NCBI GenBank assembly: GCA_051362555.1
Contig: CM120645.1
Location: 20,460,001-20,524,000, forward strand
Length of the DNA: 64,000 nucleotides
From: Lingula anatina
Taxonomy: Eukaryota; Animalia; Brachiopoda
Reading direction: 5' to 3'
Below are positions 52,118 to 64,000 of this stretch, piece after piece. Numbering within the stretch: position 1 is the first letter of the stretch; every line of letters begins with the position of its first letter. Position numbers and translations under genes: made by a program. A model generated the notes under the pieces. The model was not told the DNA's origin. It did no database searches and saw nothing but the letters and a program-made list of their open reading frames with translations.

Positions 52118-55100
52118 TAACTTATCTGGAAAAAGGAAAAGAATTGCACATCCCACAGCTAAACAGCTGCGTACAGTTGGTCAGAAAACGTTCACTTGGC
52201 TATATTAATGATTAGCGTGCTAAATGTTGTCACTAACAATGGTTCTTCCCACATATTTGTTCCCTCATTCACGCTCGATAAACTCTTGTTTTTATAAATA
52301 TGGCACTATTTGTAGATGCTTATCTACATTAAGTTAATAAAATATTTAGGTGGACCCTTGGCATGTGCTGCACCGAATACCACGAACTAATGGAATTATG
52401 TCAAGACTTCACAATGTTATAATCATTCAAAATAAATGTGAAAGATGAATCTGTTTAACTAAATGGCGGTTGAAAAAGTCACTTATAACCAATTAAATCT
52501 TGTTGTGCAGTGATGATCATTAATTGCATTATACCCCCGGTACGTGAGTGAAATGTAACTAATTTTATTGTTCTAAATACCTCGGCTATGCCAGAATTCA
52601 GTTTATGTTAGCTGCCAGTTGTAAAAAGCCTTTATCTCTATTAAATTGGAGGATAGGCGTCGTGAGCTGACTGTGCTTAAATCCTTGTTTTAGCTTTCAT
52701 ATTTATCTGTAAGGTAGCTGTAAATCAACTTATTATCAATGCCATAAGGTGGATAATACAAAAAAAGCATTTTTATAAGATGATATTAAGTGTTTATATG
52801 GTTTTACAGGGAAAGTGCTTTTAATATGGTCAGCTTAATTGAAAAATGAGCCCATTTCCAATAATCACCCACCTTGAAGAAATGGTATTGATTAATAAAT
52901 AAAAAAGAAAGAAACAGCTGAGGCATGCTGAAAGCCATAGGCTCAAAGTCACGCTGTAAACACGTTTCCTGATAAAAGAACACATAATTCAAATTCACTC
53001 TTGGTATGAAGAACCAGACAACCAGTAACAGTAAGGAAATTTCATTAATATGTTTTACAACAGGAATAGAGTAATTTTCGCAATTGCGTTTCGCAATTCC
53101 TAAAATACACACGATTAAATCTTTGTGTCAAGCGTGCTGGTTCACAAGTTTACAATGTCCCTTAGGATAAAATAACACGTGAACAAACGTCAATTTTATA
53201 CCATTTCAGATCGCTTTCGAGAAGGCAAAAAATATCAAAATTGCATACTAACGAATGGCAAAAGCGACCTCGTGGCTTTCATCTATGGTGTACATGTACT
53301 TTTGTCTACTATAGGCGATAATAAACTGGATCATCTGGTGTCTAGAAAACGTTATTCAAACATTTGTTCTCAGACTTACATTACTTTAATTCCATGTTTG
53401 TAGCGTCGACAAAGATACTGAAGATATCAAAGAGTCCTAAATCATTTAACAGATAATGCCTGTTAAATGCACCAGCATTTAACGGAGATCGCATAATTTA
53501 CAGATGTTTGACAACATAATGGCAAAATGGCTAGCTCCTAACAAGAGTGCGTTACGTACCTTTTATAAAACGGCCTCGGAGATTGAACAAAACCCGTAAT
53601 GACGCATAGGCGTTTCAAGTCCTTGGAAAATGGTCAGACGATTCAATAACCAACTGTTTATGCATTACCTTTGAATAGAGTTTCCAAGAATGACTTCAAA
53701 GCATCCTCATTCATTTAGATAGATACAGGTATAAAGCTGAAATAATATAACAGAGGGCCAATCTGAAAATAATATTGGAAAGCTCAGGAGACCATTCGAG
53801 GAAAATAGACCAACTGGTATGTTACAATATCAAAGATTCTCTTTCAGAAACATATTTAGGAAAATCTGGTTATTTAAAGGCGCCATGGGCCTCTGCTCGA
53901 GATAGCCCCCAGATGCTGAGTGCTTTGGGAAAAGGAATGATGAAATTATATAAGATGATTTTTCTTATAAAACCATTGCAGGCTACCAAAGATACATATT
54001 TTACCAATTAACAAGGGAATACGTACACTTTACAAATAAAAAAGCATTCGTACCACTCAAATAGTCACTGAATTTGCCAATCACGATGTCAGTAAGCCGC
54101 TTTGCCAGATAAAGACATTTTTAATTTGACCTAGATGCCAAGCCATACTATTGGATGTTGTTATTTGATTGGAAGCAGCGTTGGTATAAATTGTTCGCTA
54201 CCTGGTGAAAGCGCAGTAAGAGGACGTTTTGCAGTCGCGCTTTTACCGGAAAGCAGCCAAGCTGGTAGTCAAGGATAAAAAGAAATATTAATTTATCAGT
54301 TACTGCGACTCGCAATCCCGAGAGAGAGAGCACGGACGTGGCTTTCTATTATTTCTATCATTTTATGCAGTTCCGCGTCGAGTGTCAATCGTGTGTGACG
54401 CATCATTAAACAATTTTTGCAGTCATTGCCGGTCGATCCGCGAGTTGGCAACCAGAAAACACATTACTGGCGACAAGTCTCTTTGAGAATAGCACGTAGG
54501 ACACAACAGAATAATGCGGAGTTAGTGGCAGGTATTATTCCATCGGCGTCTTTTGGGACATTTTGATATGTTGGAAAGGATTGACGCCTGAGGAATCAGA
54601 TAATTTCAATTTTTGGTGAAACAGTTGTACAGCGGACACAAAAGACAAAGCAGAACACTAACAGGATTATTTTAAAAATAAGGCACCTCAGGATATTTTC
54701 ATATTGGTGTATTTGAAGATTGTCCCTCTTTGCTGGTAGGTGTGGTAAAATTTCTCTGTAATTAATGCACATTAATTTTTGAGGCGAAAGATTTAAAATC
54801 CAAACAAGAAAGAATGTCTTTGCAATGTGATTCGCCTGTCTATGAAGAGCGGTCAGAAATAATGTAAGGTTTGCATGGGTGCTTATTTTCCAGAAAACAT
54901 ATTTTTGATCACCCTTGCAGTTCAATCTAACAACCCAAAGAGAAAATTAAGTTTTTCTCGTTGGCAACGTTTTTTTTTATTCAAATGAATTAGTCGTAGA
55001 GCTCCTTTAGCACGAGATGAGGAGTGGTGGGCAGTCTCATTTCCGTAAGAACTCCTCTATTGCGCCGATGAATATTGAACTGAAAATGTTGAACATGAAA

Positions 55101-55713
55101 ATTGAAAAATCTTATATAATTCATGTTAGAAGTATAAATTAAAAGCACTATGCAATTGCTTTTTATTGCCGAACTCGCCAAGATCTTATGCATAATAAAT
55201 ATTTTCAAAATAGTCCAAGTATTTTATGAAGCCATCTGTGTACTAACGACGTACTACTCATTAGGCTAGCCCGCCTATTGCGTGTGACATAGGGAAGATC
55301 GTTTTCTGTGATTTTTATTTCCATCCACCCATGACGTTGACATTTGAGAGTGGTCAAGTCTGATAATGGAAGAATAGAGTCGTTCTGCATTAGAACTACA
55401 CACGAACAATGCTTTTCTTACATTAGTATATTGGTGCAGCCAAGTGTGGAAAAATTAAAACGTTTTGCGTTTTTATTTATTTATTTATTTATTTTAGTTT
55501 CAGCAGTTGACCAAGCCACAAACCGACGGTGACAAGAAGCCTCAATTTTATAAAGGTCTTTAACTTGACCCAGCCTTGAACGCAATTACATCCCGCATTA
55601 CGACTGACCTACATGTAGGCTACTACTAACTCAATTAATCTACCTTCGATCACATTTCCTGCAATTGGACAGCACGAGACAACAGTGGTCATTTGAAGCG
55701 CAAACATTCAACC

Positions 55714-56889
55714 ATGAATTCCGACATTTTGACTGTGATTGACATTTTTGATGATGCTTCTTGGAATGATTCAAACGGGTCCCAGCCCTTGGTAAACGGA
55801 TCAAATAGATCAACCCCGATATGGGACGAAGCTGAAAGGACTTCTGCAGAAGCGCTACTATCCGGCAGCCGGATTGGGATGCTCCCCGTGGCTCTTCTTG
55901 GTTTGATTGGCAACCTGCTAATTCTTATCCTTGTCACGCGCAGTGACGTGGTGAAAAAGTATCCATTATCTGTCTACTTGTCTGCCCTCGCCGTCGGCGA
56001 CTTCATTTTTTGCCTAGATCTACTGCGCTGGTACCTTGAGTGGGCGGATCTGATTCCCAAGGATTGGGGAGACGTCTACTGTGCCATCACGAACTTTTTG
56101 GGTCATTTTGCTATTGGTCTCTCTCACTGGACGATATTATGTATTTCCCTGGATAGAATGGTTCGTGTGGCGTTTCCGTTTAAAGCCAAGACGCTGCTGA
56201 CGATGAAACTCGCGCGGATTGTTGTCGTCGTGGTGGTGTTCGGCGTGGGCCTACCAAACATTCCCCATTTTGTTTTCGACCACCAAGTGCCCGTGGATAA
56301 CACCACGTGGATGTGCTGGACATTACAAACAGATACAATAGGCCCGTTATATTATAACCTGATGAGAATCTTAATAGAAACTCCACCCGTGATCCTGGTG
56401 ATCTTCGTTAACTGTATAACGGTCTTCAAACTGCGTTCCCACTGGAGTAAAATGAAAAAAGAAGGCATCAAGGAAAACTGGAACCAGAAACGCGGTAATC
56501 TTCACATGGAGGAGACGGCCTTGACCGTTACCTTGGTAGTCAACGGAACCCTCTTCGTTGTCTTGGAAACGCCATACTCGGTGACGGAGTTCGTGGCTCA
56601 TTACAGATCAACGGATGACATCAGTGCGCTTCCGTACATGTTTGCCACTGTGTTCAAATTGGTCAGCGGCGTCGATCACACCTGCAACTTTTTCGTCTAC
56701 ATCATTGGGTCAGCCATGATGAGGAGGGAGTTCATTGCCATGTTCCGGTGCCCTGAGAAAGCTGATGGTACCATGAAGATGGAGTGCCACACTAACACAA
56801 TTCCGGTTATTGTGCATCCTAATTCTGTCGACGATGACACCGTGGCCAGTAGCAGCTTTTCTTTGTCATCCACAAACACGCGACTGTAG
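55714..56889 (+). CDS. Class A (rhodopsin-like) GPCR, intronless CDS, FMRFamide/sex-peptide/GPR139-like orphan clade, 391 aa
   Basis: ATG at 55714 in accATGa context; N-terminal N-glycosylation sequons; seven hydrophobic helices. Motifs: GLIGNLL (TM1), SVYLSALAVGD (TM2), C..SLDRMVRVAFP (TM3), ETPY (TM6), DHTCNFFVY (TM7), MRREF (helix 8). The ligand cannot be inferred. Confidence 0.9.
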   Translation: MNSDILTVIDIFDDASWNDSNGSQPLVNGSNRSTPIWDEAERTSAEALLSGSRIGMLPVALLGLIGNLLILILVTRSDVVKKYPLSVYLSALAVGDFIFCLDLLRWYLEWADLIPKDWGDVYCAITNFLGHFAIGLSHWTILCISLDRMVRVAFPFKAKTLLTMKLARIVVVVVVFGVGLPNIPHFVFDHQVPVDNTTWMCWTLQTDTIGPLYYNLMRILIETPPVILVIFVNCITVFKLRSHWSKMKKEGIKENWNQKRGNLHMEETALTVTLVVNGTLFVVLETPYSVTEFVAHYRSTDDISALPYMFATVFKLVSGVDHTCNFFVYIIGSAMMRREFIAMFRCPEKADGTMKMECHTNTIPVIVHPNSVDDDTVASSSFSLSSTNTRL

Positions 56890-57070
56890 TACAGACACCT
56901 TCGAAAACGTTCCATACGGAACAGTCTGAATGTAGTACAGACACCTTTGAAAACGTTCCACACGGAACAGTCTGAATGTAGTACAGACACCTTCGAAAAC
57001 GTTCCAGACGGAACAGTCTGAATGTAGTACAGACACCTTCGAAAACGTTCCAGACGGAACAGTCTGAATG
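56885..57070. repeat. 46-bp minisatellite, 4 copies, overlapping the GPCR stop codon
   Basis: tgtagtacagacaccttcgaaaacgttccatacggaacagtctgaa starts at 56885, 56931, 56977 and 57023. Confidence 0.95.
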
Positions 57071-57288
57071 CAGTCGATACCAAGGAGCAACTGGCCCCAA
57101 TAGATTTGACTTTTTTTTTTAAGTTAAAGAAATGAAAGATGTAATTTTTATCATTAAATTACATCATTCTTATGACATAACACAGCTGATGAAATTCTTC
57201 TCTGACTTAAAGAAATGACAATTCATTGATGTTTTTATTTTACATTATTGATAGAACTATTCTGTGGAAGCAAGGCCCATATTATCCC

Positions 57289-57422
57289 TATCCTCTACCA
57301 GGGTGGCAGATTAAATAGGGAAAATGGGAAAATCCAGAGATAGTAAAATGACCATCTATTTATCTAAAGACACATCTGTGAATATCCTGTGAAAAGTCAA
57401 TCTGTGGCCCTGGTAGAGGGTA
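57289..57422. mobile_element. Internally deleted copy of the TACCCTCTACCAGGG MITE
   Basis: TIR tatcctctaccaggg / ccctggtagagggta. Internal aaatgaccatctat..acatctgtgaatatc matches 44739-44780. Degenerate flanks atattatccc / atatttccc. Confidence 0.65.
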
Positions 57423-58269
57423 ATATTTCCCCAGGTAGATTTTAAAAAGGTTATGAAATTAAACTGTTATTAAATGGTGCTTTTAAACGTAGAACTGTTA
57501 AGATGGAGAAAGAAGTTTTTGGAAGAAGATAGTTATCAAATAGATCGTGTTGTTTAGTATCAGAGAAAACATGCAAATGGCAGAGGGATTTTGCGTAGTA
57601 GGGAAAATTGATTTGTTTTACATTCAAGCATGCGGTTTTGCGTGAACTTTTGGTGTGAAAATGGAGTATATTTAGAAGCGGAGATAGTCATGCAAATGCC
57701 AGAGGGATTTTTCTTACAGAAGAACATTAGATTTGTTTTTCATTCTATAATTTGAAATTATATCTTCTTAGTATTTTTGTGCCGCGGTTTAGAAACGTCG
57801 CCTTTATGAATTTGTATTATTAACCGCAATTGTGCATACAGACGTAGCCGCAACTAATCAGGCTTGTGCAATCTATTGTAAAGCGCGTGTTATATCTTTA
57901 TATAACAGAAAGTGAATCCAAGCTGTAAATTACATTGTTCTTTCTTAATCACCCTGAAATACCTTGTCTAAAACGGTCTTTCACTGTACGAATGAAAAGT
58001 GAAGCGGATATCAGAAACTAAGAACTCTAAAATTAGATCGAATTTGAATAGGGTAAGTGCAAAAGGTACAAGTATTGAAATTTCCAGGGATTTATTTTAC
58101 TATATAAAGGTTTTAACGGTCATTGTTTTTAAAGTGGCTGAAATTTGCAAATTACATAGTATTAAATAAAATCCCAAGTCTGCAAAATAAATGACTTTTT
58201 ATGTTATAAACAAAAATCGAATGTTAACATACGTCATTGTAGAATTGTTTTCATCATCTGTGGAAAAGA

Positions 58270-58524
58270 TTTAGAGGGGGGGGGGCAGGGGGGTCCTGCC
58301 CCCTCCTGAAATTTTGATTTTGACTAGCTGAATCATAGTTCTAAACCGTGCCAAATGGCACCATTCGCCCTCTAAACTCTAAAATACCAGTAATTTTCGG
58401 GGACCTTAAGCAGGCTCCGAACTCCACGCCAAGGGGGGGGGGGGGGGGGGGGGGAGGGGGAGGAGGGTCGGCTTCGCATCCACGGACCCCCCCCCCCCTT
58501 CGAATAATCCTGGATCCACCCCTG
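58270..58524. mobile_element. hAT-like MITE remnant (..cctggatccacccctg terminus)
   Basis: G/C-run-rich element with a CAGGGG-type terminus. It is paralogous to 51495-51870. Confidence 0.45.
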
Positions 58525-58814
58525 TACAGGGTTGTTCAAATGTCGCTAAAACCTTTGTGCATGTACACAGCGTCACATATCACTATTTAGAGATAACCTA
58601 CATGGCATGGGACAAGTAACAACTATGAACCATGGTTATTTTCAGCAGGGAAGGTTAGAAGGACTCACCAATCATTTGATCGGTAAATAATTATATCATT
58701 TGACGATAAGCGTCAGGCCATCAACCCAAAGGTACTCCCCCTCCCACTTCACAGATAAAATATTTGCCATCCAACTCCCCCCTTTTTGACGACAAGTATA
58801 GCCATAAAGTTTTC

Positions 58815-59100
58815 GACCGGATGGCCTTGTGGTTAGATTGTCCGACTCAGAAGCGTGCCAGGAGAATGTGGTGTCGACCAGCCCTTTAAATATACCATGT
58901 TTATAAACATTACCTACTGTCTCCTTGCTAGGCACCCAGCACTCAGGTGTTGAAGCAGGGTCCCTTGTCTGACAGAGAAAGAGATTGTTAGCAAGATAGC
59001 TTTCAGCGCCTCATACGGCTCAATCGGTTGTGACCTTCACAGGGAGGCGAGATTGTCCCAGTATGTAATGGCCAGACGTCTGAACTATTCTTGTATACTG
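58815..59100 (+). mobile_element. Degenerate tRNA-derived SINE (possibly with a Meta-type central domain)
   Basis: Box-A-like head tggccttgtggttagattgtccgac, and a central tactgtctccttgctaggcacccagcact resembling the conserved core of Meta-SINEs as I recall it. Box B is degenerate. Confidence 0.4.
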
Positions 59101-61199
59101 CACTATACCGCACTGTATTTATATATACTTCACATAATTGTACAATCCAGCTACCTTTAGTTGCAAATAAACGTTATTATAATTATTACTATACTCGATC
59201 TTTTCAATGGGTAAAAATTAAAGAAATTTCAAATTCGTTTGCCAGCTGGCTTTGACAGACAGTTCTGAATTCTCCAAAAAACAGAGCAATGTAAAATAAT
59301 GATGGAAGGCACTGAAAATGGCTTATTTTTGTCAAATTTATACCAGTGCAACAATGTCATAACATATAATATTAATCTCTCATAACGGTAAATATAAAAT
59401 ATACCAATCAATTAACTCATGAAATGAAGTCTTTGATTAATCTTAGTGTGCAATATACGTCTGTTGGAAATTGCGATTTACTGAAATGACAAAATAATTA
59501 AAAAGAAGTAAAAAGAGGGATCAGACTCACAATTTAACGTTAAAATTGTGAGTAAAATAAATATAATATATACCAAATAAAGACCAAATATGAAATATTT
59601 GTGTGAGAAAAAGATGCCTAGAAAAATTCGCAAATGAATGTTCTTCTAAAAGTGGTATCTATCTGAGCAAGTTGTGGAATGGTTAAGAAGGCGAGTGATT
59701 TAAACCCTATTTCTTGTAAATTTCCTTTAAGCAGAAAACTAAGAAAGTAAAGGAAGTGGAGAAAAAAATAAATCAGGTGATTTACTGAAAACATATTTGC
59801 TCAGTTGACATAAATACTGTTCAGGAATAACCCCTTAAATAAATACAATTTTATAATAAGTTTTATGAGATTTATCTTCACAAGTGCCATTAACATTGTA
59901 CTTCCTTGTGCACTGATTTCCTAAAAGAAATGAAACATCAGCCCAGAATGCCGAACCAATATTTTCTTTTCGATAAATCCGATTATCAAGCCCTACGCTG
60001 TCCATCGTTTTTCTTCTGGAAAATTGCTAAACATAAATGTATGCAGGTCCACATGAGGAAATACCCCAAAAGTTAATTCAGTTTAAAGTTAAAAGTGAAT
60101 GATTCGAGCGACTTTTCTTCTTTTGCTTTTTTTCTCTTTTTCTTTTCAATATTTCATATTACATTTTAGAAAAATGTTTATCGATATTTCCAACCCAGTC
60201 CCACCGCGAAAAACAAAACATTTTTCGGTGAATATTACATAATGATGTATTATGTACCGTATCAGCTTGATCGATTTATCTCTTCTTTCCCGTATTTACT
60301 TTGTACGAAGGGTTATTAGGGGGAGATGTGTCCACAGAAGTACGCGTATAATTCCATATCTTATCTAAAATGCCCACAGCGGAGATAGCACTGCATTGTA
60401 GAACCTCTTCCCGTCCAAAAATTTTGTCAAAGCTGCCTGCTGATTTGTGTCCACTAGGAATTTTTTCCTCAGGCACATGATCAGTGGCGTTAATTCTTCT
60501 GTTTTTTTTTTTTTACTATGCAGATCAACTTTTACAATTTTTCAGTGATTGAATTTTTAAGGACAACAAATATTACATTTGGCGAGACATTTAGGTCCAG
60601 CTGTGGTTGCATGTATTTAAAGGAAGTTCATTCAATATAGTGTGAAAATGGGTTCTTTGTGCTTACCTAGGGAGGGGGGGGGCTGTTAGTTTAATAATTA
60701 ATATCAGATCTTTTTTTTCTATATTTAACGAGGAACAGTGGCTGTTTTTATCAATCTTTCTATTTGTGCGCGTGTGTTTGGATGTGTTTGTGTCCGCATA
60801 ATGAAACTTGGGACCACTATACATAATGCATAATGTGTCCAAAAGTGAAATAAACAGATAAAATTAAGAAAATCAAATAGACAATATCATGTCATAAGCA
60901 AGGCGTGTCCGTAAAACCCCTACTTGAGATAAAGAATAACATAACCCCCTACCCATTAATTTCCGGTGACTAAAATATCCAGACTTCCTTATTGTGAGTT
61001 TTTCCTTGCTACCCTGGGTCTTATAAATGGCGTGGCCAAAAATCTCAGACATTAACTGTCCTGCCAAGTAGAGAGCCGTCCAAGATATAGCATCTTATTC
61101 ATTGCTACTGATCCCATAAATTGTTGAACGTGTACAGCAGATTTACCAAAGGTAAAAGCAAAATCAGATTATCCTCCGCCGAAATCAAAGCCTGTTCAA

Positions 61200-62521
61200 A
61201 TGGGAATCAAAGTGAGTATCTGTTCGAACACATTTATTCACATTTTCAATCAGTCACACGTTTAAATATGTTTATCCTACAATATACTTCTTCAACGTGA
61301 AGATTTTTTCTATGCAAATAGGTATACAATGAGCAATCGATTTTTATTGAGCAAACAAAATGAAATTTTCTAGAAATTTCAGCATTTTTCCTTATTACCG
61401 AGGTATATTTTATCCAAAAGCGTTGAGATAATTAACTGCGATCTATAACATTTTTGAGTATTTAATTTCTAATTTTACCGCTCACCAGTTAAATGTACCA
61501 GTCACTAATGATTTTTTTTCTTTCGTTATTATAAGGTTAACTCAAAAACTAGAAACTAAGAACTCATAAATGGTTTTGCACGTCTTATTTTGTGAACCTT
61601 TTTTTTGTTTGTTTGTTTGTTTGTTTGTTTGATATGGCATACCCATGGCGATTAATGGGAATTGCTTTAAAATGACCAAGGAATTCGACATTGATTTTTG
61701 CAAAATAAAGGTCTACCGCTCACTGTTTGCCTTTAAGTCGGACAATCTTGGCATCTAGCACCTTCAAGGAAATACTTCTGTAAAAGTGTAATTTTTGAAA
61801 AAGTAACCCTTTCTTGGAAACGAAATTTCATTGTCTGAAGAAATGTTTCTCTGATGTGTGAAATAATGTGTAAAAGAGATATTACTACTATTTTAGTTAC
61901 TCTCTTTTCGTGGACTTCTGCATGTACATACTAAATTGAATTAGTGTTGGTATGACAAATTTCTGCCTTACGTTCTTTTGTAAAACTGACTCTAACAGCA
62001 TATTGTTTTGGTTTTGGTTTATCAAGTTAAAGAGGAAGGCTAATTAATATATGAATATTTTTGCGATATGTAAATGGATATTCTCAACTCTAGTTTTTGA
62101 TCACTTGAACAGGCGCTATACTTTGTAATCTTGTAGAACACAACACATCTCTGGGGTCAACAAACAAATGGCAGAGATTAGATTTTGCCGCGAGTATTTC
62201 TGATTAGTTTATCTCGGAAAAAAAACAAGAATTTACAAAAATTATTTTCCTCTTGGCCGCACTGATTATTGTGGAATAAAAGAAAGTACTTTTAAAATCT
62301 AATTTTCTCAGGAACTGTACCTCTTTGCCGCACTAGTTATTGCGGTTGTCATAGCAACACCAGTGTCGATGCACCAGTACAGGGAAGTGCAGGGTTGGTG
62401 GATACCAGTGAATCCCGAGCGCCATCTGGCGAACACCACCGTGACCAGCTGCCCGTGGTTCATGATCTATAACGAAACAATGAACAGGTATGATCTTAGG
62501 TACTCACTGTCACTGTCGCTC

Positions 62522-62558
<37 letters not shown>

Positions 62559-63580
62559 GCATTTGTGCGCACTTGTGTCGGATGTTTGCAGTATATTGGG
62601 AGAGGGGAGAAGGCATATGTGTGTGTTCTAGTATACCTCTCCTGACGTTATTATTTCCCTACGGGTTTTACCTTATAGAAATGAAACACTTTTGTGATGA
62701 AACGCAGTACAGAGGATAAAAGTTATTGTTACTCTAAATTGTGGTACCGTTGGTAATCACTGTCATATAAAACCGTAGTGCTTAATACAAGGAGCCGGTT
62801 TCACAAAAGAAAATATACCAAATGCCGTGCTTTACTTTTGCACTCAAATTATAGTCTACTTCAAATCTGGTATGTCTAGTGATGTAATATTTCGTTTCAT
62901 GTTTAAATGAACATTTCTTTATTAAACTAGAAAAGCACTCCGAGAGCGCAGACCTCCGCCAAGGCAGCAATTTTTTTATTATTATTGATTATTGATTGAT
63001 TATCGATCCGGATCACCACCAAAAACTAATCATCTGTTCCTTGGCCCTCTTCTGACACTTCCTGAAAATTTCATCAAAATCGGTCTATAATTTTTTGAGT
63101 TATGTTGATGACAGACAGACAAAAAAAAAAACAGGGGTAAAAACATAACCTCCTTGGCGGAGGTAAATATTATTTATCTATGTTGTCGGTCTATGAAAGT
63201 CTGTCTAAAGTTCCTATGGCCGCATTCACAACACTCTGCACTATTATTCAGCACCAACAAAAGTGATACCTGGCACTAACATTCATCCGCTCTGGAAGTG
63301 CTGGTTAATCTGTGGGTTTGGTGGTTACTGTGGGTGTTGGTGCTAAAAGATCTGCGTGTAGTGTTAGTAAAAGCTTACTCCGTTCATAAGACCTAACTCT
63401 ATTCTGTTCAATTGCAGACGTCCACAGCGACTGTGGTCGGCACTATGTCTGACCGACCGCGCCCTTTACGGCAACGGTAGATGCGAGTTTGTAAAGTATA
63501 AAGTATTGGTGGAAAACGAATGGGTCACCGTTAACGCGGGCTGCACGTGCGTTCCAGATTTACAACCCGTTCAAAAGTAA
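61200..63580 (+). CDS. Small secreted IL-17-like cystine-knot cytokine, 116 aa
   Basis: Exons 61200-61211 (ATG GGA ATC AAA|gtgagt), 62312-62487 and 63418-63580 (TAA). Product: MGIKELYLFAALVIAVVIATPVSMHQYREVQGWWIPVNPERHLANTTVTSCPWFMIYNETMNRRPQRLWSALCLTDRALYGNGRCEFVKYKVLVENEWVTVNAGCTCVPDLQPVQK. It has a signal peptide plus the CPW..NRxP..xAxC..CExV..V..GCTCV signature of invertebrate IL-17. Confidence 0.85.
62925..63168 (-). mobile_element. Short Helentron/DINE-like element (family C, copy 3) in intron 2 of the IL-17-like gene
   Basis: aactagaaaagcactccgagagcgcagacctccgccaagg..aaaacataacctccttggcggaggtaa, homologous to 7528-7770. Confidence 0.75.
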
Positions 63581-64000
63581 CTGATCCGAGTTTTGGAGCA
63601 AGTGCCAAAACTTCATGAGTTTCAGAAGACCAACATGAAAAAGAATACTGGCATGGCAAATGCGTTTCTCTGGAATGGCGAGGATGAAGAAAGACGTTTA
63701 CCGAATTTGAACTTCGATGTATTGTCGTCTGCTGTTTATTTTACTTACATCTGTTGAATACCTTACACTTATTTCGGTTTGATAAATCAAACGTAGGCCC
63801 TATATACCTGCAATGTTTTTATATCGTCTACTATACATGTATTGTTATAGCTTTACGTCTTTTTGGGCGACTTTATAGGCTTACAATTTTACCATTATTA
63901 TTTAAAAGAGTCTTTCATATTTCCAATATATCAAGGAATACTGATGTTAGTTTTGTAATCAATAAATTCCTAGGAAAATGTATATGATTACGCATTTATT

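Noticed and set aside
56885-57070. CRISPR-like or ribozyme array
   Set aside because: The units are contiguous with no unique spacers, the context is eukaryotic, there are no cas genes and no CUGANGA core.
60057-60067. NF-kB-like site (GGGGTATTTCC, minus strand) upstream of the IL-17-like gene
   Set aside because: A single imperfect short motif 1.1 kb upstream, expected by chance; no supporting evidence in the sequence.
63232-63363. Small CACT..AGTG inverted-repeat element
   Set aside because: An imperfect inverted repeat is present, but the flanks do not form a TSD and no second copy was seen.

Overview
AT-rich, intron-rich nuclear DNA of an invertebrate animal (lophotrochozoan or ambulacrarian type; the species cannot be determined from the window). 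All exon models were built by hand from GT-AG sites and reading-frame continuity. Genes found: the 3' end of a short-chain-collagen-C4-like gene (+); a 2-exon SETMAR-type SET methyltransferase with no transposase (-), head-to-head with a 1329-aa dystroglycan homolog (+); a complete 17-coding-exon INTS13/asunder gene (-, 700 aa) convergent with dystroglycan; an intronless class A GPCR (+); and a 3-exon, 116-aa IL-17-like cytokine (+) that the ORF track almost entirely misses. The rest is largely transposon-derived: a full-length dead Tc1 (DD34E); a 7.6 kb non-autonomous Academ-like element carrying a nested Helentron-type element, a 146-bp satellite and an IS3EU-like MITE; a ~10 kb Helentron-type composite; several MITEs; a Penelope-type minimal hammerhead remnant; minisatellites and microsatellites. 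The best leads are the 5-cysteine mini IL-17, a His-periodic 8-aa repeat inside the SET domain, a MITE whose target-site duplication is exactly a splice donor, the nested transposon stack with arrays of perfect DR1 nuclear-receptor sites, and the hammerhead-bearing insertion. No rRNA, tRNA gene or CRISPR array is supported. Family calls rest on recalled motifs, not database searches.
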